Shown here in pieces: positions 53,361 to 64,000 of a DNA stretch of 64,000 nt. Source of the DNA: Scenedesmus sp. PABB004 (taxonomy: Eukaryota); assembly GCA_014905635.1 (NCBI GenBank), contig JABVCE010000018.1, forward strand, positions 310,001 through 374,000, read 5' to 3'. Each line of letters starts with the position of its first letter. The stretch's first letter is position 1. A program made the position numbers and the translations under genes. The notes under the pieces were generated by a model that was not told the origin of the DNA, did no database searches, and saw nothing but the letters and a program-made list of their open reading frames with translations.

Positions 53361-53881
53361 CTCGCCGGTCGGCTCACGGTCGCCGCTGGCGCGCGCGGGG
53401 CGTGCGTGTGCGTGCCCGCCCCGCCCGGCGAGGCCTGGCGCCGCATGGCGGGGCCCGCAGCGCGCGCACGGCAGCGCCGGGGCGCGGCCCTGCCACGCCG
53501 CGCCGCCGGGTCGCGCCGCGGACCGGATCGGGCCCGGCGTCGGCGCGCGCGCCGGGTGCATGCTTGCAGACGTTGCGCCCAAAATCGAGCTCGGGGCGCG
53601 CGCTCGCGCGTCGGCGGCGCCGCGGGGTGGTCGCTGTGCGTGCGGGCGCGCCGAGGACGTGGCTGGCCCAAGGGGTGTCCCCACCTGACTGGCCTAGGGT
53701 TGGGCGGTTTGGCGCTGCTGCGGCGCGGCGCCGGCGTGGTCTCGCCTGAACGGGCGGCTGTGTGCTGGCGCGCGTCCCAGAGCGCGCACAGCGCGGCAGC
53801 TGCGCCCGCACGTGTGATCGCTTAGGACCGGCGCAGCACCGCACGCCCCTTCCGCCCCTGCTGCCGCTGCTGTGCCGCGGC
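53179..53881. repeat. Direct segmental repeat, copy 1 (~700 bp)
   Basis: Near-identical to 55580-56216. Confidence 0.96.
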
Positions 53882-53942
53882 GGCGCTCACCACCGCCGCC
53901 GCTGCGGTGGGTGCAGCGGGAGGCCCGCCGGCGATCGCCTGG

Positions 53943-55549
53943 ATGCAGGGGAGCGGCGGTGCGGTGCTGGGCGAGCCCGGCCTCGCGCTGGCGGTCGGGC
54001 TCCAGCTCACGCGCCGGGACGCGGCGGCGCTGGCCTGCGCCTGCCGCGGCGCCGCGGCGGCGCTGCGCGGCGCCCTGGCCAGCGCGCACGCGCCGCACCT
54101 GTTTGCGCCGTCGCTGGCGATCGTGGCGTCGGGCAGCCACAAGCTGCTGCGCCTGGACGTGGCGCACGGCGGCGCGCCCTACGAGCACACTCCTGACGGC
54201 TCGCACCTGATCCGCGCGCTGCCCGCGCGCCCGGCGCGCAAGCGCCGCCGCGGGCTGGGCGCCAGGCCGCCCGCGCGGCGCGGCGGCTGGCTCACGGGCG
54301 TCGCCGCCGACCCGGGCGGGCGCCGGGTCTACGTCTGTGACTACCAACGCGGCGTGCTGCGCTTCGCGGCGCCCGGCCTGCGGTGCGAAGCCCTCGGCGC
54401 GCGGCGCGCGGCCGCCGCGCGCCGTCGCTCACGCGCGCGCTGCCGGCCCGCAGGCCGCTCGGCGCGCTCGTGCCGGCGCGGCGCCTGCGGCATGGCGAGC
54501 CCGAGGGCCTGGCCGTGCACGGCGGGCACGTCTTTGTGGCGAGCGTTGCGGGCGCGTGCGTCACTGCGTTCCCGCTGCGGGGCGACGAGGAGGAGCCGGC
54601 CGCGCCGGCCTGGACCGTGGCGCTGATGGGCAGGACGCCGGCGGAGGGCCCCGTGCCGTGGGGAATGTGCGTGTGGCCCGGCGGCGCCGGCGGCAGCGAA
54701 GCGGCGGACGCAGCGGCAGCGAGCGCCGGAGCGGCGGGCGGCGCCGTGGCCGGCACGGGCGAGGGCGAGGGCGCGGGCGCGGCCGCGGTGGCGGCGGCGG
54801 TGGCGGACGCCGGCGCGGGGCTGTTCCTTGCCATCGATGTACCTTACGTGACCAGCAACTATGCGGCCCCGCCCGCCGACACGACGGGTGCGCGCGAGCG
54901 GCGCGGCGCGCGGCGTGCGGCGCGAGGCACGCGGCGCGAAGCGGAGCGCCCAACAGCTGCCGCGCCGCCGCCGCAGGGAGCGTCTACGCGATCGCGCTCC
55001 TGCCGGGCGGGCGCGCCGGGCGGCACGGCGGCTACAGCCGCGTGGCGCTAAAGCGACCCTGCGGTCTCTGCTTTGACCACGCGGGTGCGCGCAGCGCACG
55101 GGCGCCGTGCGCGCGGCGGGGCCCCTTGCCGCGCTCACGCGCGCCGCCCTCCGCCGCCGCCAGGGCACCTCTGGGTGACGTGCATGGCTGGCCGCCTCGT
55201 GCGCCTGGCGGGGCCGCGCGCCGCGCGCCCGGGCGCCGCGCTGCAGGCGCTGGACGTCGGCACGCTGCTGCCGGCGGGCGCGCCCGCGGCGGCCCCGCAG
55301 CTGCCGTTTGACATGCAGGCGGTGCTCGAGCCGGCGGACCGCCTGGCCGCGGCGGCGGCGCCTGGGAGCGAGCCCGCGTGGGCGGGCTGCCTGCTGGTGG
55401 TCACGCTGCACGCGGGGCCGCGCAGCCTGGGCACGCTCGCGCTCGTGCACGTGGCAGACCGCGGCGGCGGCGCCTGCACGGTGCGACCCGCCGCAGTGGT
55501 CGCCGGCCACCCCGCGCTGAGGCAGGCCAACATGATTGCTGTGCTCTGA
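53943..55549 (+). CDS. Beta-propeller protein (NHL/SMP-30-like blades) with a possible degenerate F-box-like N-terminus; 3 introns
   Basis: LTRRDAAALACACR at the N-terminus. Blades: WLTGVAADPGGRRVYVCDYQRGVLRF, EPEGLAVHGGHVFVAS, PWGMCVW, RPCGLCFDHAG|HLWVT, LPFDMQAV. Confidence 0.7.
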
Positions 55550-55579
55550 CGCGCCCAGGGCGCGCACGGACGGCGCGGA

Positions 55580-56216
55580 CCGCGCGGGGCTGGCAGGCAG
55601 GTGCTGTCGAGCACGCCGAACGACCTGCGGGCTGGCCCGCGGGGGGCGCGCGCGCGGCCGAGGGCGGCCGAGCGCGCCCGCGCCGCGCCGCGCCGCACCG
55701 CCGCCGCGGCCAGCGTGGTCGCGCCGAGCAGCTGCTTGGCCGCGCACGACAGGGCGCCGTTGGTGTGGGGCTCGCCGGTCGGCTCACGGTCGCCGCTGGC
55801 GCGCGCGGGGCGTGCGTGTGCGTGCCCGCCCCGCCCGGCGAGGCCTGGCGCCGCATGGCGGGGCCCGCAGCGCGCGCACGGCAGCGCCGGGGCGCGGCCC
55901 TGCCACGCCGCGCCGTCGGGTTGCGCCGCGGACCGGATCGGGCCCGGCGTCGGCGGCGCCGCGGGGTGGTCGCTGTGCGTGCGGGCGCGCCGAGGACGTG
56001 GCTGGCCCAAGGGGTGTCCCCACCTGACTGGCCTAGGGTTGGGCGGTTTGGCGCTGCTGCGGCGCGGCGCCGGCGTGGTCTCGCCTGAACGGGCGGCTGT
56101 GTGCTGGCGCGCGTCCCAGAGCGCGCACAGCGCGGCAGCTGCGCCCGCCCGCGATTGCTGGAGCGGCGCAGCACCGCACGCCCCTTCCGCCCCTGCTGCC
56201 GCTGCTGTGCCGCGGC
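55580..56216. repeat. Direct segmental repeat, copy 2 (~640 bp; lacks a 71-bp block)
   Basis: Near-identical to 53179-53881. Confidence 0.96.
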
Positions 56217-56472
56217 CGGCACGTCGCAGCGACCGCCGCCCGGCGCCGCCGCTCGGGTGCGTCGCATCGGGGCTTGGCGCCGACCAGGCCGCCGCGTCGC
56301 CGACCGCCGCAACCGGTAGCCACAGTCCACACGCGCAGCCTGGTCGAGAGAGCAGAGCAGAGCGCCCCAGCTGTTGCGAGGGCTCGCCGAAACGGGCTGA
56401 TCGGGCCCATGCCGCCGCGCGCGAGCTCCTAGGCCGTCGGCCGTGCCGCGGTGACTGCCGGAGCCGTCCCGG

Positions 56473-57336
56473 ATGGAGCGCCAGGTGCGGGCCGGCGATG
56501 CGCGTCGGCTTTTTGCTGCCGCACCGCCGCCCCACGCGGAGCTGGGGCTGGCGCGTGGCGTGGCGGGCTGCGGGCTCTCTCATGCTCTGCCTCTGGGCGG
56601 GGTGGACGGGCCCGCGGGCGCGCCTGCGGGCGGCGGCGTCGCGTGCCGCTGCTGCTGCCGTCGCTGCGCCCGAGCCCCCCCCCCCCCCGCCGGCGTTCCC
56701 GCCCCCGCACCGCTGCTCACGCCCGCTGCCTGCCTGTCGCAGCCGACGCGGGAGGAGCTGCGGCGCGAGGTGGCGTCCGTGCTGAGCCTGCACGGCGGCG
56801 CGCCCACCAAGGTCGCGCCCGGCACGCCGCGCACGCCGAGCCAGGCGGCGACGGATGAGCCGCTGCCCACGATCAACGGCAGCTCGGACGCCGCGCTCGT
56901 CGCCGGCAAGGACAGCGCGATGCCGGACGCGCGGGTGCGGCAGCAGCTGGGGGCGGACAACTCGGTGGCGAGCAGCGTCGGCCGGCTCTGGGTCGCGGAC
57001 GCCGCGGGCGGGGCCGGGGCTGACGACTGGGGCCGGTCCATGCGGATGCGGCTCGCGATCAAGGTGGGGGGTGGGGGGCGCCGCGCACGCCGCGCGCGCG
57101 GGGGGGGGCGGGCGCGGCGCCGGCGCGCCGACGCCGCCGCGCGCGGCACGCTGGCGCGTGTGTGCCCGCAGAGCTTCCGGCAGGTCGTGCGGGCGCACCC
57201 ATACATCCTCGTGGTCGCGCTGCTAACGACCGCCGTGCTCGCGACCGCGGGCGTGCTCGGCGTGCTCGCTGCTGCGCGCACCGAGATGCGGCACCGCCGC
57301 GACTCCGCCATGGGTGCGCTCGCGGCGGCCGTCGGG

Positions 57337-57368
<32 letters not shown>

Positions 57369-57875
57369 AGCGGCCAGCCGCCCACCGCCGCCCCCCCCGC
57401 CCCGCGCGCCCGTCCCGCTGCTCACGGCCGCCAGGCTTTGCGAACAACGCGGCCGTCGCGTTCACGGTGCAGCTGCAGCAGACGTTTGCGCCGCTGACCG
57501 CGCTGACCACCATCATCCACTTCCAGCCAGACTTCACCAAGCTCGCGCCGCGCTTCGACGCGCTCGCGGCGGAGCTCCTCTCGGCGGTGCGCGGGCTGTG
57601 CGGCACCCGGGGAGGCGCCGGCGAGCCCGCGGGCCGCGCGCGCGACGCGCGACGCGCCGCCCGCCGCCGCCGCGGCCGCAGCTGCCGGTGCCGGGCAGCG
57701 TGGCGAGCCTGCAGCTCACGCCCAACGGCGTGGTGAGCACCTTCTATCCACTCAAGGGCAACGAGCAGGCGCTGAACCACAACCTGCTCAAGGGTGCGAC
57801 CCACATGCGACCCCACACGCCCCGGCTCGCCTGGCCACCCGCCCGCCGTGCCGCGCCGCGCGCGCGCGCCGCCCG

Positions 57876-57906
<31 letters not shown>

Positions 57907-60900
57907 CGCCGCCGCGCCGCGCAGACCCCAAGCGCCGCGTCGCGGCGCTGGAGACGATCCAGCGGCGCAACCTCACGATGCAGGGCCCGATCACACTGCT
58001 CCAGGGCTGGCGCGGCGCGGTCGCGCGCGTGCCGGTCTTCATATCCAACGTGTCGGAGAGCGTGACCTTTGGGTGCGCGGCGGCGCCCGCGCGCCGCGCT
58101 GGCGGCGCCGGCCCCGCCGCGCGGCGCGGGCGGCCCGCCTGCCCCGCACGCCGACGCCCCCGCGCCTGCGCGCCGGCGCAGCGCGCCCAACCCGCCGTAC
58201 GACTGCCCGCCTGGGCTCTGCTACGACGCCGCGACCCGCACACGCTGGTGGGGCTTTGTCTCCTGCATCGTCCGCCTCGACGACCTCGCCAACGGCCGCG
58301 ACGCGCGGCTGCGCGGGCTCACCGAGATGGTGCGCCGCGCGGCGCGGCAACGCGACGCGGCGGCGGCGCGGCGGTGGCGCGTCGCGGCGCCGGCCACCCC
58401 GCGCCCCGCCCGCGCCGCGCCGCCACCTGCGCCGCGCCCCCGCCCACCCCGCGCCGCCCCGCGTGCTGCTGCGCCGTGCCGCGCCGCGTGCCGCCTCCCT
58501 GCGCCGCCGCCGCCGCGTGCACACAGGAGTACGACTATGAGTTCACTGCGCCGCAGCCCGACACGCGCGAGCCGATCGTCATCGCCCGCTCGCCCGACCT
58601 GCCGTTCGACCCCGTGTCGGCGACGGTCTTCGTGCCCAACGGCGAGTGGAGCCTGCGCGTCGCGCCGCAGGGCGGCTGGGTGCCCGCGTGGCGCGGGCCG
58701 ATGCTCGCGACCGTCGTCGTGATCAGCTGCCTCGTCGGCCTGCTCGTGCTCGCCACGCTCGTGAGCCGCCGCGTGCAGCTCTGGCTCCTGCGAGAGATGA
58801 AGGTGCGGCGCCGGCGACTCGCGCGGCCGGCGGCCCCGGCGCCGGCCGCGCCCCTGCCGCCCCCGCGCCGCGCCGCGGCCGCCCAGCGCCGCGCCGCGCC
58901 CGCGCCCGCGCGCCGCGCAGCTCTCCAACCGCGCGCTGGCGTCCGAGAAGGAGCGCACGGACGTGCTGCTGGCGCGGCAGTACAACCTGATCTCGCTCAT
59001 GGCCCAGCAGGGCGCGCTCTCGGGCCGCGGCGGCGGCGGCAGCCTGCAGGAGAAGACGCTCGGTGCGCGCCGCGGCGCGGCGGCGGCCGCGGCCCGGGGC
59101 TGCGCGCGGCGGGCCGCGCCGGCGGCCGGGCGCGGCGGCGCCTGCCTGCGTGGCAGCTGCGCGGCCGCTGCGCTGACGCGCGGCGCCGCCGCCTGCCTCG
59201 CCCGCCGCGCCCCGCCCCGCGACCCCGACCGCAGATCAGATCGAGAGCATGCGGCGCAGCATCGGCGCGGCCGCGACTTTCAGCGAGAGCGGCGACCAGC
59301 TGCAGCTGCTGGAGCTGCTCGGCGAGGGCACCTTTGGCAAGGTCTACAAGGGTGCGCCGCCGCCGCGCCGGCGCCGCCGCGCGCGCGGCCAGCACGGCGG
59401 GGCGGTGCGGGGCGCGGCGGGCCGTGCCCGGCCGCCGCCGAGGCCCGCACCGCGGCCCTCACGCACTGGTACACGTGCGCTGGCGCAGGCGTGTGGCGGG
59501 GCAGCACGGTCGCGATCAAGACGATGATCCTTCCCGCCAAGATGAGCGGCGCGGAGAAGCGGGAGCGCATGGCCATCATGGAGGCAGCGATCTCGAGCTC
59601 GATGTGCCACCCCAACATCGTGCAGACCTACACCTACACCATCAAGCCCGCCACCAGCGCGGCCGCCACGAGCGTGCGCAGCGTCGGGCCGGCGAGCCCG
59701 GCGCGCCCGCCGGCGGGCGAGCCGCCCCCGGGCGGCAGCGAGAGCGCGAGCCAGGGCTTCGACGTCGCCGGCGACAGCGCGGCGGTGCACAGCTTCGAGG
59801 TGGGCGTCGCGCGCCGCCGCCGCCGCCGCCGCCCCGTCGACTGGACTGCCTGCGCCGCCCGCCACCCCACGCGCCCGCCTCGCCCTCCCCTGCCCCCCCC
59901 CCACACGTGCGCACAGGTGAACATCGCCATGGAGTTCTGCGACTGGGGCTGCCTGCGCGACGCGCTAGACTGCGGAGCCTTCTACACACGTGCGCGCCGC
60001 CGTAGCCCGCGCCGCCCGCGCCGCCGCGCAGCCGCGCCCGCGCCACCGCGCCCGCACCGCCGCCCTCCCACCGCGGTGCCCCTCCCATCGCAGGCGACTG
60101 CACCGTCAACTACGCGGCCATCCTCGACACCGCCGCCGACGTGGCCAAGGCGATGCTGCACCTACACTGCAACCAGGCGCGCCGCGCCGCCGCGCCGCCG
60201 CGCCGCCGTGCCTGCCGGCCCCTAAACCGCGCCCCGCCGCGCCCCTTCTGCCGCCTAAACCGCGCCGCGCCCGCCTAAACCGCGCCGCGCAGGTGATCCA
60301 CAGCGACCTCAAGGTCCGCAACGTGCTGCTCAAGAGCGACGGCAGCTCCGAGCGCGGCTGCGTGGCCAAGGTCGCCGACTTTGGGCTCGCCGTGCGCATG
60401 GAGAACGCAGACACGCACGTCTCAGCCTTCCAGGCGCGCGGCGCCTGGGCTGCGCGGCGCGGCGCGGGGGCGCGGCGTGGCGCGCGCCGGCGTTGCCGCC
60501 GCGCGACGGCGGCGCGGCCCCGCTGCCGCCGCAGGGCACGATGAGCCACATGGCCCCGGAGTGCATGCTGCGGGGCCACATCTCCAAGGCGGCCGACGTG
60601 TACAGCTTCGGCATCACCCTCTGGGTGCGGCGCACGCCACGCACCGCGCGCCGCGACCACCGCGCGCCGCGACCGAGAGCCCCCCCCCCCACACACACAC
60701 ACACATGCACGCTCCCACACCCACGCCCCTCCTCGCCGCCGCCGCGGGCGCACCCGACCTCCCACCCTCCCTCCCTCCCTCCCGCCCGCCCGCCCGCGCG
60801 ACAGGAGCTCTACACCGGCGGCCACGCGTTCCACGGAATCCCCCGCGCACTGCTGGGGCACCAGGTGCGCGCCCGCGCGCGCGCGCCGCCGCCGCCGCGG

Positions 60901-61916
60901 CCGGCCGCGGCAGCCCCTGAGGGTGCCGCCGACGCACGGCGCACCGCCGCCCCGCCCGCCCCGCCCCCGCCCCGCCCGCGGCGGCCCGGCGGCGCAGGTC
61001 GCGGTGTGCGGGCTGCGGCCGGCGTTTCCCGACTTCACGCCGGGGGAGTTCCGGAGCCTCGCGGAGCGCTGCTGGGCGACCGAGCCCGACAAGCGGTGCG
61101 CGACGGCGGCCGCGCCGCCGCCGCCCGCCGCGCGGGGACCGGAGGCGGGCCCGCGCGCCGCGCCGGCCGGCCCGCCGGCGCCGCCGTGCTCGCGCTGCGG
61201 CCGGCTGACCGCTCGCCGGCCCGGGCCGCGCGCGCGCGCGCGCGCGCGCGCGCGCGCGCCGCGCCGCGCCGCGCAGGCCGAGCTTTGAGGAGATCCTGGC
61301 CACGCTGCAGCGCATGCGCGCGCGCCAGGGCGGGCGCACGGCGCCCATGCCCCGCGTCACGCCGCGCTCGCACCTGATGGCGCAGCGCGAGGCGGACGAG
61401 CTGGCCGCCGCGGAGCGCGGCGCGGGGGCCACCGGCGGCGACAGCACGGGTCAGATGGCGGCGCGGGTCGGCGCCGCGGAGGCGGCGGGCCTGGTGCAGC
61501 TGGCCTCGTTTTACGTCGACATGGGCAGCAGCGTCGGCCTGCACGGCGGCCCCTCGGCCTCGCCGGGCAGCCGCAGCAGCAGCACCAGCAACACGGCGCC
61601 GGCGCGGCGGACCAGCAGAACGGCGGCCGCCAGCGCGCGCCGCAGCAGCTGCCGCCCATCAGCGACGCCGGGGAGCTGGAGGAGGGCGGCGGCGCGGGCG
61701 GCGGCGGCGGCGGCGACATCGAAGCGCCGGCCGACGCGGGCGCGGGCGGCCCAGCCGCGCGCGCAGCCAGCTAGCGGCGCCGCGCGGCGCTGCCGCGCCG
61801 GCAGCTGCCGCTGCGAGGGGTCCCGGGCGCCGCTGTGCAGCTCGTGGGTGATCCGAATCTGCCCTCGACTGGTTGCATCCACTAGCGCACGCCGGCCTTT
61901 CCATGATGTGTTATGA
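56473..61916 (+). CDS. Two-TM receptor-like protein kinase: TM-CHASE-TM-TKL (Raf/MLK-like) kinase; ends uncertain, true stop may be 61774
   Basis: TM1 ILVVALLTTAVLATAGVLGVLAAA. CHASE-like LQLTPNGVVSTFYPLKGNEQALNHNLL, MQGPITLLQGWRGAVARVPVF, WWGFVSCIVRLD, VPNGEWSLRVAPQGGW. TM2 LATVVVISCLVGLLVLATLV. Kinase LGEGTFGKVYKG, VAIK, HPNIV, IHSDLKVRNVLL, KVADFGL, GTMSHMAPE, DVYSFG, RPSF. Confidence 0.88.
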
Positions 61917-62447
61917 ACGCACATAACCGGCGTACACAGCCCCGTCCTTTGGGTCGCTGGCCCGGCTGAGGCGCTGCGCTGACCGAGCGCTAGGTTGACG
62001 GGTTGCTGCGGGGCTGCCTCCTGTGCCTTTCGGCGCGCACCGCGCCGCGTCGTGAGTCAACCCGCTCGTGACCGGCGTGGCGGGCTCCGGCGGCGCCTGG
62101 CACCAAGTTCTGGGGAACGGGGGGGGGGGGGGCAGCAGTGTTGCGCTGCGCCAAGAAACGCGCGCCCCGCGGTGAGCGCGCTGTCTGCGGCGGCGACGGC
62201 GCGCCGTCGCTGGCACGGCGCCGGCGTCTGCGACCCTGGCGAGCGGCTGGGCTGCGAGCTCCGTGTTGCTGCTAAGTGCTGCGAGTCATCCTAATGTGCC
62301 TGCCATGATCATCCGTGAGCGGCGAGCGGCCTCGCTCTGCACCGCTGTTGTAGCGGCTAGTTACACACACACACACTGCGCTGGGGCAATGCGGGCAACG
62401 ACAAGGACTGTTGTACACGCGGCACGCGCGCGTCGCGGCGCGGCGCG

Positions 62448-64000
62448 TCAGTACCCGCCGACGCGCACGAGGCCGCCCTTCTTGCCGGTGCTGAGCGCGG
62501 CGCCGTCGTAGCCGCCCGCGTCGGCGGCCAGGCCGCGCGTTCCCTTGGTGCGGGGGGCCTTCTTGTGGAACTTGTGCTCCGCCCGCTTGGCCTTGGCGCG
62601 CGGGCCCTCGCCCAGGCCCTCCAGCAGCTCCAGGTCGGCGTCGCTCAGCAGCAGCGCGCCCGCCGGCGGCGCGCCGGCGGCCTCGCCGCTGGCGCCGGCG
62701 GCCGCGCCGCCGCCGCCGTTGTCGCTGCTGCTGCCGTCGTCGTCGCTGCTGCTGCTGCCGTCGCTGTCGTCGCTGCTGCTGCTGCTGCTGCCGCCGCCGC
62801 TGCTGCCGCCCCCGCCTGGCGCTGCTCCTCGCGCTGCTGCGCCGCCGCCGTCGCCGCGGCCGCGGCGAGCTGCTGCTGCCAGCCCTGCGCGAGGCGCATG
62901 CCGTTGACGCTGCCCGGCAGCGGCGCGACTGTCGGCGCCCAGCCGCGCCCCGCGGCGCAGCCCGGCGGCAGCCTGCAGAAGAGGAGCCTGCCGTTGGTGT
63001 AGTCCCGCAGGATCTGCCGCCCCGCGCGCACCTCGTCCGGCAGGCCCGCCGACGCGGCCCAGCCGCGCGCGCGCGCGAGCGCGCGCAGCAGCAGCGTGCC
63101 CGGCGACAGCGCCGCGGGCGCGTCGGGCGCCGCGGCGTCGCGCCCGGCGTCAAAGCCAGGCCCCAGCGCCGCGCCGTAGACGGCCTCGAGCTGCGGCCGG
63201 GCCACGCGCGCCGCGACGACCTCGATCGGCGCGCGCGTGTCAGTGAGGCGGTCAAGGCTGATCACGCCCGCGGCGACCATCTCCGCCTTGCTCGCCGCAA
63301 AGCGCGGGAACACCAGGCCTGCGCGGGGGGCGAGGCGCGCGGGTGAGGGGGCGGAGGGCCGGAGCGCGCGGCGCGGCGCGAGGCGGCGGGCGGCGCGCGG
63401 CTCGGGGCGGCGCGGCGCGCGCACCCGGGCAGTCGCAGAGGCAGCAGGTCGGCGAGACGTTGAGCGTCTGGAAGTGCTTCGTCTTGCCCGGCGTCGGCGC
63501 GACGGCGGTCTTCTTGGCGCCAAAGATGGCGTTGATCGTGGACGACTTGCCGACGTTGGGGTAACCCACCAGGCCGACCACGACGCGGCGCCCCGGGTCG
63601 GCCCTGCGCGGCGCGGCGCGGCGCGGGCGTGTGTGCGCGCGTGCGCGCGGCGCGAGGAGCGGCTGCGCGGGCCGCGCGCGGCGCGCGGCGCGCGCGCACC
63701 TGCGCGGGTCGTCGTCGCCCGCCGCCGCGACGGCGTCGCGCGCGAGGCCCTCCAGCAGCTCCAGCAGCTCCTCGACGCTGAGTATGCGCGTGCGCCCGCG
63801 CCCGCCCACCGCGCCCGCGCCCGCGCCGGCGCCCGCGACCGCCGCGGCGGCGGGGAGGCCGAGGAGCGCGTAAAAGTGCTCCAGCACCGCCGCGCTGCTC
63901 GGCGCCACCTCACCGACCGCGAGCGCGTCGTGCCGCGCGCGCGCCTGCGCCTCGGACGCGGCGAACGCCGACCAGAACCCGTAGCGCACGCCGGCCGCCT
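62448..64000 (-). CDS. LSG1: Large subunit GTPase 1 (circularly permuted GTPase), 3' part
   Basis: RYGFWSA, VVVGLVGYPNVGKSSTINA, TPGKTKHFQTL, LCDCPG|LVFP, ILRDYTNGRLLFC, C-terminal HKFHKK...GGY*. Confidence 0.92.

Noticed and set aside
50001..53825. Very long Arg/Ala/Pro-rich ORFs (e.g. 1274 aa at 50001, 890 aa at 24112, 700 aa at 17820)
   Set aside because: Stop codons are rare at this GC content. These are antisense or off-frame shadows of real genes.
53179..56216. LTR retrotransposon or TRIM
   Set aside because: No TG..CA termini, primer-binding site, target-site duplication or gag/pol; the internal gene has introns.

Overview
Eukaryotic nuclear DNA with extremely high GC content. Genes are densely packed and split by many short (about 80-170 bp) GC-rich spliceosomal introns, and TGTAA-type poly(A) signals occur. 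This fits a chlorophyte green alga, plausibly Sphaeropleales (inference, not a database result). Most ORFs in the track are GC-driven artefacts, so the gene models here were rebuilt by joining exons by eye and their boundaries are approximate. Genes in order: 5'-truncated axonemal dynein heavy chain (<1-18211, +); hypothetical (-); AmiE/AmiF-type aliphatic amidase (+); large Q-rich hypothetical (-) with a microsatellite intron and a 3' hairpin; hypothetical (-); Cys-motif hypothetical (-); casein kinase 1 (-); DnaJ (+); GT49 glycosyltransferase (+); ISD11/LYRM4 (+); several hypotheticals; a beta-propeller gene (+); a CHASE-domain transmembrane TKL kinase (+); and the 3' part of an LSG1 GTPase (-). 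Most notable: (1) a ~2 kb inverted duplication (34866-36890 / 41157-43161) bracketing CK1, with its inner edge inside an intron, so inversion would swap the 3' half of a gene; (2) a ~0.7 kb direct duplication tightly bracketing the propeller gene; (3) an unusually high share of GC-AG introns; (4) a CHASE sensor fused to a Ser/Thr/Tyr-like kinase; (5) a 25-bp perfect hairpin in a probable 3' UTR. No rRNA, tRNA, CRISPR array or transposase was recognised.
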